Below are positions 28,460 to 35,770 of a stretch of DNA of 64,000 bases, piece by piece. Every line of letters starts with the position of its first letter. Position 1 is the first letter of the stretch. The translations under genes were made by a program, and so were the position numbers. The stretch is from an uncultured Alphaproteobacteria bacterium (GTDB taxonomy: Bacteria > Pseudomonadota > Alphaproteobacteria > Rhizobiales > Xanthobacteraceae): positions 879 through 64,878 of the forward strand of contig CAVYCI010000003.1 in assembly GCA_963766925.1 (NCBI GenBank). Reading direction: 5' to 3'. The notes under the pieces are model-generated. The model was not told the DNA's origin and did no database searches. It saw only the letters and a program-made list of their open reading frames with translations.

Positions 28460-28476
28460 GGCAGCCGTCGCAGATA

Positions 28477-28504
28477 CGGCCTTCAAACAGCGGCCTTCAA
28501 ACAG
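28477..28504. repeat. Perfect tandem duplication of a 14-nt unit (cggccttcaaacag x2)
   Basis: Read directly at 28477-28490 and 28491-28504, just upstream of the terminator hairpin. Confidence 0.7.
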
Positions 28505-28506
28505 AA

Positions 28507-28548
28507 ACGGCCCGGATCGCCTCATGGCAATCCGGGCCGTTGTTTTTT
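28507..28548. terminator. Bidirectional rho-independent terminator between the convergent CoxL-like and permease genes
   Basis: Perfect 11-bp stem ACGGCCCGGAT / ATCCGGGCCGT with a 12-nt loop. It is followed by TGTTTTTT on the plus strand and TTTCTGTTTG on the minus strand. Confidence 0.65.
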
Positions 28549-28577
28549 CAGGACAGACTCGGGGCGTCGGCCCGGTG

Positions 28578-30176
28578 TCACTCCGCGGGTGTGGCGTCCG
28601 GTACACCCTCGTGCGGCGCGGTGGGGTCCCAGGCCGTAACGGGTGCGCGGCTCAGGGCAAACAGGAACGCGGCGACGATCAAGTAGGCAATCGCCACCAC
28701 CGGCGTGACCGCAAATCCGACGGCCTCGCCGTGCATGAACCCGAAGAACGTCAGGACCGCGCCGGCAGCAGCGAAGCCTGAAGCCTGTACGAACTTTTTG
28801 TCGATGACAAAGGCACCGATCGCACCCAGCACCAGCCCGGTGAGGATCGAGCCGCCGCCGAGCGTTTGCAGCCCGCCGTACAGCACGCCGAACCCGCCGA
28901 GCTTGGCAAAGCCGATGGCGACCGCAGAAGTCCCCGCGGCAGCCAGAGCGCCGTCCATCAGCGTTTTGCACCAGCCGGCGAGATGCGGCGCCAGCGAAAG
29001 CACGATGGCCGGCGCATGGGCCCTCGGCGTACTCTGGAACGCCTGCGCCCCGATCAGCATGCCGATGTACAGCAGGATCGGCGAAATCGCGACCACAGGT
29101 ACGATGGCCAGCAGCAGCGAGATCACCCCGAACCACGCCAGGATAATGACCATGATGCCCGTCGCAGCCGAGTAGCCGATACGGCCGCCCATCGCCTTCC
29201 AGCCGGGGTGACCGATATAGACCGCGTTGATGAACGGGTTGCCCATCAAACAGCCGATCAGGCTGACGACGCCGTCGGCGGTGAGCACGCGGGTGGTCGG
29301 ATAGGAGTCTCCGGCCGCTTCCGCGCTCTCCACGTTGTCCATCGCCTCGACCAGATCGTAGATGCCGAACGGGATCGCGGTGATGAGGATGACGCCCAGG
29401 AATTCGAACCCGCCGAAGACGTGATCGATGGCCGGGAGCGGCACCGAGAAGCCGAAATTGGAGAACGCATCGCCGATGCCCTTCACGGTCAACCCGCCGT
29501 AATTCAGGTCGAACAGGTTGGAGCCCCAGGCGATGATCATGCCGACGACGATGGCGACGAGGCCCGCCGGAATGCCTTTCGGATATTTAAATCCGCCGAA
29601 CCAGCTCACCATGATCACGGCGAAGCAGGTCAGGCCGATAACCGGCGTCATGTACATTTCGAGCGCCGGACGCATGGAGATGAAGGTGATCGACACGCCC
29701 GCGAGCGTGCCGAGCAGGGCGGCGCGCGGCGTGATCCGCCGCACAAACGGCGCGATGAAGCCGCCGATCATCAGGATGAAGCTCTGGAAGAACACCCAGG
29801 CAAGGCCCGCTTCCCAGCCCTTGATCGGATCGTTGGTCTTGAGCGTGATCGGCAGCATGATCACGAAGGTCACGATGAACATGTGCGGCACGCTGACGCC
29901 GGACGGCAGCGCGCAGACATCGTTGCGCCCGGTGGTCTTCGCCAGCCGGTAGGCGAGGTACGCATAGTAAAATGTCGAAAGGCACAGCATCAGGCCGAGA
30001 GCCGGCAAGATACGGCCGAACACGATCGCGTCCGGCATTTTGATCACAAACCGCAACAGGCCGGTGAGCACCAGCATGTTGACAAGGATATTGGTGCCGA
30101 AGCCGAAAAAGGCGTTCAGGTCACCAGCCATCCAAAGATGCGGACGATAGCTCGTCCCCGACGTCATGACCGTCAT
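28578..30176 (-). CDS. NCS2/AzgA-like nucleobase-type permease (xanthine/uracil/vitamin C permease superfamily)
   Basis: About 533 aa and 12+ TM helices. The N-terminus WMAGDLNAFFGFGTNILVNMLVL is typical of the long AzgA-like subgroup. ATG at 30176; the ORF track's 5' extension is Arg/Cys-rich noise. Confidence 0.65.
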   Translation of the reverse strand: MTVMTSGTSYRPHLWMAGDLNAFFGFGTNILVNMLVLTGLLRFVIKMPDAIVFGRILPALGLMLCLSTFYYAYLAYRLAKTTGRNDVCALPSGVSVPHMFIVTFVIMLPITLKTNDPIKGWEAGLAWVFFQSFILMIGGFIAPFVRRITPRAALLGTLAGVSITFISMRPALEMYMTPVIGLTCFAVIMVSWFGGFKYPKGIPAGLVAIVVGMIIAWGSNLFDLNYGGLTVKGIGDAFSNFGFSVPLPAIDHVFGGFEFLGVILITAIPFGIYDLVEAMDNVESAEAAGDSYPTTRVLTADGVVSLIGCLMGNPFINAVYIGHPGWKAMGGRIGYSAATGIMVIILAWFGVISLLLAIVPVVAISPILLYIGMLIGAQAFQSTPRAHAPAIVLSLAPHLAGWCKTLMDGALAAAGTSAVAIGFAKLGGFGVLYGGLQTLGGGSILTGLVLGAIGAFVIDKKFVQASGFAAAGAVLTFFGFMHGEAVGFAVTPVVAIAYLIVAAFLFALSRAPVTAWDPTAPHEGVPDATPAE

Positions 30177-30202
30177 TGCACGCTCCTGTTCATGCCGAGT
30201 TT

Positions 30203-30222
30203 CATTGCTGCGCGCAGCAATG
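30203..30222. promoter_or_regulatory. 20-bp perfect palindrome 27 nt upstream of the permease start (operator or 5'-UTR hairpin)
   Basis: CATTGCTGCGCGCAGCAATG, read directly. Confidence 0.3.
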
Positions 30223-30517
30223 CTCACAGCCCTGTCGTCCGCCCGCCTGTTTGACGGGCAGTGATTGGCGAGTTGAGACCCCCGCCCCCCTGGCGGGAAA
30301 CAAGCGCAACCAACGCCGGTTGCGACATCGGCGTCGCAAGCCCCATGCCAAAAAGCGGCGATCAACAACAAACCGGCCGGACGATGGCGAAGGCAATGAA
30401 TCGCCTGTGGAATCAGATAACCGTCAAATAGCTTTCGGACCGTTGTTGCAGTGCGGCAAGCCTGCAAAGCGGGACTGGCAGGCGCAGGTGAGACCAAATA
30501 ACAGTCATGATGCTGTC

Positions 30518-30598
30518 AAAAAAAACAGCACCGCCGGCCGGGCGGAGGGGGCAGCCGGAGCAGAAACGCGTCCGCACATTCTGAAACAGCGGTGCTCC
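30518..30598 (-). terminator. Long hairpin plus T8 tract downstream of the isochorismatase-family gene
   Basis: The minus strand has GCACCGC...GCGGTGC outer pairing enclosing a GC-rich inner stem, followed by TGTTTTTTTT (A-run at 30518-30525 on the plus strand). Confidence 0.4.
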
Positions 30599-30607
30599 GG
30601 GCCTTGA

Positions 30608-31285
30608 TCAGGCCAGTGCCGCCAGCGAATCAAGCAGCGGCGCCGAGGCCGCGACGGATCCGAAAATGCCGCCCTGCGCCTTGATCATGGCGAGGCCGGC
30701 CGCGTGGAAGTCCGGGAAATAGGACGCACAGCAGTCCGACAGCACAATGCAGCGGAAGCCGCGATCGTTCGCTTCGCGCACGGTGGTATTGACGCAGACC
30801 TCCGTGGTCACGCCGCAGACGAACAGGGTATCGATGCCGTGGTTATGCAGCATCAATTCCAGATCGGTCTGATAGAACGCGCCCTTGCCGGGCTTGTCGA
30901 TAACCGGCTCATCCTTCAGCGGATAAAGCTCCGGAATGATGTCGTGACCGGGCTCGCCGCGTACCAGAATACGGCCCATGGGGCCGGGCGCGCCAATCCG
31001 GGTGGCCGGGTCGCCGCGCACCACCTTGTGCGGCGGCGCATCGGACAGATCGGGACGGTGACCTTCTCGGGTGTGAATGACCAGCATGCCGATGCGGCGC
31101 GCGGCGGCGAGGATATCGCGGCACGGCGCGACCGCCGCCTGGAGGCGTGACACGTCGTTGCCCAAAGCTTCGCCAAAACCGCCCGGCTCGAGGAAATCAC
31201 GCTGCATGTCGATGATAACCAGCGCGCTCCGGTCCACATCGACTGAAAGCGGCGCCGGTTCGGCCTCGAAAGTCACGCTTCGCAT
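30608..31285 (-). CDS. Isochorismatase-family cysteine hydrolase (RutB/BiuH/N-carbamoylsarcosine amidase-like)
   Basis: SALVIIDMQRDFLEPGGF (Asp), KPGKGAFYQTDL (Lys), VCGVTTEVCVNTTVREA (Cys nucleophile). ATG at 31285; the ORF track extends to 31357. Confidence 0.8.
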   Translation of the reverse strand: MRSVTFEAEPAPLSVDVDRSALVIIDMQRDFLEPGGFGEALGNDVSRLQAAVAPCRDILAAARRIGMLVIHTREGHRPDLSDAPPHKVVRGDPATRIGAPGPMGRILVRGEPGHDIIPELYPLKDEPVIDKPGKGAFYQTDLELMLHNHGIDTLFVCGVTTEVCVNTTVREANDRGFRCIVLSDCCASYFPDFHAAGLAMIKAQGGIFGSVAASAPLLDSLAALA

Positions 31286-31585
31286 CTCGGTCCCCCGCCT
31301 GGTACTGAAAGACATTTGGCGACTTGCAAGATGAGGGCCAGCACGTCCCCCCGCCAAAATCGTGCTTCAGCCGCGCTGCTTAATTCTTGAGCCTGGCCCG
31401 CGACAACGCAACAGGCCCCGCTCCAGATCGCAGTCGGCTCCGTCCCGACCGGTTGTTTGCACAGGACCGATCCGTTCAAAACTGCTAGGTGAAAGTCGGC
31501 GCCGCCGGCAGGACCGTTCTGCGGGGGCGCCCCGGCAGGCCCGTTCCGGCCCGCCGGGACATTTTGGTTCACCCGACACCACCGC

Positions 31586-31858
31586 ATGACCCGAAAAACC
31601 GCCCGCAAACGTCATAAACCTTCCCCGCCCAAAACCGCCGCCCGCCGGAGGGCCGGCAAGCCGGCCGCGGGCCACAAACCCGCCGATCCCGTCGCAACAC
31701 TCGCCGAGGCAAGCGCCACGGCGCTGGGGCTTTCGATCGATCCCGCCTGGCGCGCCGGCGTGGTACGCAATCTGCACCTGATCCTCGCACACGCGGCCGT
31801 CGTCGAGCGGACGCCGCTGCCCGACGATATCGAACAGGCGCCGGTGTTCCGTGCTTGA
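31586..31858 (+). CDS. AtzG-like small subunit (DUF4089-type) with a basic N-terminal extension
   Basis: The C-terminal 55 aa, VATLAEASATALGLSIDPAWRAGVVRNLHLILAHAAVVERTPLPDDIEQAPVFRA, match the AtzG-like pattern. It overlaps the amidase start by 8 nt. Confidence 0.6.
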   Translation: MTRKTARKRHKPSPPKTAARRRAGKPAAGHKPADPVATLAEASATALGLSIDPAWRAGVVRNLHLILAHAAVVERTPLPDDIEQAPVFRA

Positions 31859-33257
31859 GGCCGCCGGCCGCGATCTTGCCTGGGGCACCGCGGACGAGAT
31901 TGCGACCGCGGTCGCAACCGGACGCGCCAGCGCGCACGGCGTCGTCGAGGCAGCGCTGCTCCGCGTCCAGTCGCGCGATCCCCTGCTGAATTCGTTTACC
32001 GCCGTCACCGAGCAGCGCGCGCTCGCCCGCGCGCGGGCACTTGACGAAGCGCTCGCCAGGGGCGAGCGGCAGGGGCCGCTGGCGGGGGTGCCGTTCGCGG
32101 TCAAGAACCTGTTCGACATTGCCGGTTTGACGACACTCGCAGGCTCGAAAATCAATCGCGACGATCCGCCGGCGAAGCGGGACGCAGCGCTGATCCGCCG
32201 GCTCGAGGCGTCAGGCGCCATCCTGATCGGCGCGCTCAATATGGGCGAATACGCCTACGACTTCACCGGCGAGAACGTCCACGACGGCCCGTCGCGCAAT
32301 CCGCACGATCTCAAACGCATGAGCGGCGGCTCCTCCGGCGGTTCGGCCGCGGCTGTCGCCGGCGGCCTCGTGCCGCTCGCGCTCGCATCCGACACCAACG
32401 GTTCGATCCGGGTGCCGGCCTCGCTGTGCGGCCTGTTCGGCCTCAAGCCGACCTACGGACGCCTGAGCTGCGCCGGCGCCTTTCCGTTCGTCACAAGCCT
32501 CGATCACGTCGGTCCGATGGCGCGCAGCGCACGCGATCTCGCGCTCGCTTTCGACGCGATGCAGGGCGGCGATCCCGACGATCCGGTGTGCGTTGACCGG
32601 CCGCCCGAGCCGGTCACTCCCTTACTCGACCGCGGCGTCGACGGGCTGCGCATCGCGGTTGCCGGCGGCTATTTCAGGGGCCGCGCGGCGGAGCCGGTCC
32701 AGGCCATCGACCGCATCGCGGCGGCGCTCGGCGCAAATCGCGACATCGAGATACCGCATGCGGAACGCGCGCGGTCGGCGGCCTTCATCATCACCGCAAG
32801 CGAAGGCGCGAGCCTGCATCTCGAGCGCCTGCGGACCCGCGCCGGGGATTTCGATCCCGCCGTGCGTGACCGGCTGATCGCAGGCGCCATGGTGCCTGGC
32901 TCGCTGGTGACGCGGGCGCAGCGTTTCCGCCGCTGGTATCGCAGCGAGGTGCTGAAGCTGTTCACCGAAGTCGACGCCATCCTCGCGCCGGCGACGCCCT
33001 GCACCGCGCCGCTTGTCGGGCAGCAGACTTTCATGTTCGGCGACGACGAGCTGGCGGTGCGGCCCAATCTCGGTCTTTACACGCAGCCGATTTCCTTCAT
33101 CGGCCTGCCGGTGGTCGCCGTGCCGGTACCGCTCTCGCCGCTGCCGATCGCGGTGCAGGTGATCGCAGCACCCTGGCGCGAGGACGTGGCGTTGCGCATC
33201 GCGCATGCGCTGGAGACGGCAGGCGTCGCCACCGCGATGCGCCCGGCGGAATTTTAA
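31851..33257 (+). CDS. AtzE-family amidase (amidase signature enzyme, 1-carboxybiuret hydrolase-like)
   Basis: GVPFAVKNLFDIAG (catalytic Lys), GGSSGGSAAAVA, and DTNGSIRVPASLCGLFGLKPTYG. The Asn in DTNGS is characteristic of AtzE-like members rather than generic GSDTGGS amidases. Confidence 0.8.
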   Translation: MLEAAGRDLAWGTADEIATAVATGRASAHGVVEAALLRVQSRDPLLNSFTAVTEQRALARARALDEALARGERQGPLAGVPFAVKNLFDIAGLTTLAGSKINRDDPPAKRDAALIRRLEASGAILIGALNMGEYAYDFTGENVHDGPSRNPHDLKRMSGGSSGGSAAAVAGGLVPLALASDTNGSIRVPASLCGLFGLKPTYGRLSCAGAFPFVTSLDHVGPMARSARDLALAFDAMQGGDPDDPVCVDRPPEPVTPLLDRGVDGLRIAVAGGYFRGRAAEPVQAIDRIAAALGANRDIEIPHAERARSAAFIITASEGASLHLERLRTRAGDFDPAVRDRLIAGAMVPGSLVTRAQRFRRWYRSEVLKLFTEVDAILAPATPCTAPLVGQQTFMFGDDELAVRPNLGLYTQPISFIGLPVVAVPVPLSPLPIAVQVIAAPWREDVALRIAHALETAGVATAMRPAEF

Positions 33258-33316
33258 TACACCGGACGCGCCGGGTGACTTCCGGACACAGGCTTCGCGC
33301 ATGACCCGCGGAAATC

Positions 33317-34525
33317 TCAGGCGGTCAGGCGGACCGGCAGCGTCCGGACGAAGTCGCCGTGGGGCTGTCCGTCGCGCACAACGTCACCGATGACCTCGAT
33401 GCGTGCGAACCGCTCGATCAGGAGGCGCAAAGTTTCCTCAAGCTCGACCAGCGCGACCGGCCGGCCCAGGCACAGGTGACGCCCCGAACCAAAATTGAGG
33501 ATCGGCCGCGGCCGCTCGCGCGTGATGCGAAATTCGTCCGGCGCATCGAACACCGCTGGATCGTGGTTACCGGCGATGACCGAAGCGAACAGCCACGTGC
33601 CCCTGGTCACGGAAACCCCGGCGAATTCGTGATCCTCGCGCGCAATCCTCGGATCCGACCAGTTGTTCGGGCGCGTGCGCGCGCATTCCTGCACGGCGTC
33701 GGCCACCAGCGCGGGATTTTTGCGAAGGAAATCCCATTGGTCCGGATGGTCCGCGAACGCCATGACCGCATGCGAAAGGCTCGCATTGGTGTTGTCGGTG
33801 CTCGCCGCCAGTATCGTGAAAAGGATCTCGACGATCTCGTCGGTTGTCGTTTCGCCGCGCTGTTCCGCCGCGATCAGCTGAGACAGCGCATCCTCGCCAG
33901 GATCGCTGCGCTTTCGCTCGATGTGTCGCCGGATGTAATCGATCAGGGTGCGCGTGCCGGTTTCGATCTCCTCGCGATAGGCGGGATCGGCGCGAAACGC
34001 CTTGAGCATGCTGTCGGAACACGCCGCCACCAGCGTACGATCGCTCATCGGCGCCCCGATCAGGTAGCAGAAGAAGGCTGAAGGCACGTGCGGCGCGATA
34101 TCGCGGGCGAAGTCAAATTCATTGTCCCGGACGTCGTCGAGCAATTGTTCGACGATCTGTCGCGCGACCTTTCGCGCCCGCTCAATCGCCGCCGGGCTGA
34201 AAAGCGGCGCCAGCAAACGGCGCTGCCGGCGATGCTCTTCGCCCTCCAGCGCCGCCGTGTTGCGTGCAAAGAAGTGATACGCCTCACTGTCCTGGGCGAG
34301 TCCGGTCATGGTAAGCAGTTCTTCAAACCCGACAGGAAATCGTTCGTCGCGCAACAATTCCCACGACAGGTCGTAACTGAGACATTCCAGTCCGCGCGGG
34401 CTTCGCGCCAGCGCATGGCCTTTGCCAAGCGCCCGTATTGCCGCCAATGGGTCCTTCGCGTATTCGGGCGAGAAGACGTTCAGGAACGGCAGCGATTCGT
34501 AGTCAGGCTTCCCCAAAGTGGTCAC
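33317..34525 (-). CDS. Cytochrome P450
   Basis: Heme-binding loop FGSGRHLCLGRPVA, I-helix ILAASTDNT, ExxR (ECARTR). GTG 34525 follows GGGGGAG; the ORF track extends to TTG 34546. Confidence 0.85.
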   Translation of the reverse strand: MTTLGKPDYESLPFLNVFSPEYAKDPLAAIRALGKGHALARSPRGLECLSYDLSWELLRDERFPVGFEELLTMTGLAQDSEAYHFFARNTAALEGEEHRRQRRLLAPLFSPAAIERARKVARQIVEQLLDDVRDNEFDFARDIAPHVPSAFFCYLIGAPMSDRTLVAACSDSMLKAFRADPAYREEIETGTRTLIDYIRRHIERKRSDPGEDALSQLIAAEQRGETTTDEIVEILFTILAASTDNTNASLSHAVMAFADHPDQWDFLRKNPALVADAVQECARTRPNNWSDPRIAREDHEFAGVSVTRGTWLFASVIAGNHDPAVFDAPDEFRITRERPRPILNFGSGRHLCLGRPVALVELEETLRLLIERFARIEVIGDVVRDGQPHGDFVRTLPVRLTA

Positions 34526-34606
34526 GACACTCCCCCATCTCAGCAATCAAAGCCTGTCGCAGAATGCGGCAAACCAGACGCAATTCAGACCATGTCTATG
34601 TTCATC

Positions 34607-34619
34607 AGAGTTAGACTCT
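34607..34619. promoter_or_regulatory. Candidate TetR operator palindrome in the P450/TetR divergent intergenic region
   Basis: AGAGTtagACTCT at 34607-34619. A second palindrome, AGACcatGTCT, lies at 34587-34597. Confidence 0.3.
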
Positions 34620-34654
34620 ATCGAAATGAGTGAAGGTCTTCAAGAGGCTGTTTG

Positions 34655-35314
34655 ATGCCGAAAGTTTCCCGAATGACCCGCAGGGACGAGTACGCTCAGG
34701 CAACGCGGCAGGCGATTTTGGACGCCGCCCGCAGCCTGTTCGCCGAGCGCGGCTATTTCGCCACCAAAGTCGATGACATCGCGGACCGGGCCAGGGTGGC
34801 ACCTGCCACCGTCTATGCCGTGACCGGAGGCAAATACGGCCTGCTTACCGAGCTGATCCGGATATGGACGACAGACCCCATTGTCGAGGCGACGACCATC
34901 CAGATCGGCGCGATGTCCGACCCGGTCGCCATCATCCGGGAACTCGCCGCCGCAAGCCGGCGCATGCGGGAGCAGTATGAGGACATCATGCGGGTCGTGC
35001 TCGCCACGGCGCCGCACGACCCGGCGGTCGCCGCCGCGCTTCAAACCGCGACCCAGGTCTATCGCAAAGCCTTCATTCCGTTCGCCGAGCGGCTGCTGAA
35101 GCTCGGCGCGATGCGGCAAGGCATCGACGTTGCCGCGGCCGTCGATCTGTTCTGGTTCTATTTCGGCTACACGTCATATTTCACGCTGCACGACGACAAT
35201 GGCTGGTCGTACGAACGGGCGGAGAACTGGCTGGCCGAACAGGCCGGCCGCGAACTTCTGTCCAGTCCTGCCGGCACGCGAAGAGCACCGGGTCGAAAGA
35301 AAAAATCGCAATAG
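34655..35314 (+). CDS. TetR/AcrR-family transcriptional regulator
   Basis: N-terminal HTH ATRQAILDAARSLFAERGYFATKVDDIADRARVAPATVYAVTGGKYGLL. Confidence 0.85.
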   Translation: MPKVSRMTRRDEYAQATRQAILDAARSLFAERGYFATKVDDIADRARVAPATVYAVTGGKYGLLTELIRIWTTDPIVEATTIQIGAMSDPVAIIRELAAASRRMREQYEDIMRVVLATAPHDPAVAAALQTATQVYRKAFIPFAERLLKLGAMRQGIDVAAAVDLFWFYFGYTSYFTLHDDNGWSYERAENWLAEQAGRELLSSPAGTRRAPGRKKKSQ

Positions 35315-35364
35315 ACCCCGATCGGCCTGGAGAGCGTTTCAACATCTGTTCAGGAGAAAGAAAA

Positions 35365-35751
35365 ATGGAAATCGACCTGCCGGAGGTCGTCGCCGAAGTG
35401 CGTGCCGCATTCGACCGTTACGAGAAGGCGCTGGGCGACAACGACGTCGCCACGCTCAATGCGATATTTCACAAGGACCCGCGCACCATCCGCTACGGTG
35501 GCGGCGAGAATCTCTATGGCCATGCGGAGATCGAGGCGTTCCGGGTCGCGCGCTCTCCGGCCGGACTCGCGCGCACCATTTCGCGAACCGTGATCAGCAC
35601 CTATGGCCGCGACCACGCCGTCGCCTCGACGCTGTTTCACCGCGCCAGCATGCCTGGCAAAGTCGGCCGTCAGATGCAGACCTGGGTGCGCTTCCGCGAA
35701 GGCTGGCGCGTGGTCGCCGCGCACGTTAGTTTCATCGACGAACCGAAATGA
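35365..35751 (+). CDS. AtzH-like / HpxZ-like NTF2-fold protein (DUF3225-type)
   Basis: VRAAFDRYEKALGDNDVATLNAIFHKDPRTIRYGGGENLYGHAEIEAFR...GRQMQTWVRFREGWRVVAAHVS matches the AtzH-like pattern. Confidence 0.65.
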   Translation: MEIDLPEVVAEVRAAFDRYEKALGDNDVATLNAIFHKDPRTIRYGGGENLYGHAEIEAFRVARSPAGLARTISRTVISTYGRDHAVASTLFHRASMPGKVGRQMQTWVRFREGWRVVAAHVSFIDEPK

Positions 35752-35770
35752 CCGGGAGCTAAAAACCGGA

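Noticed and set aside
26017-28606. Minus-strand ORFs 26017-27144 (375 aa) and 26960-28606 (548 aa)
   Set aside because: Antisense to the CoxL-like gene, with the same low-complexity Arg/His/Asp-rich character.
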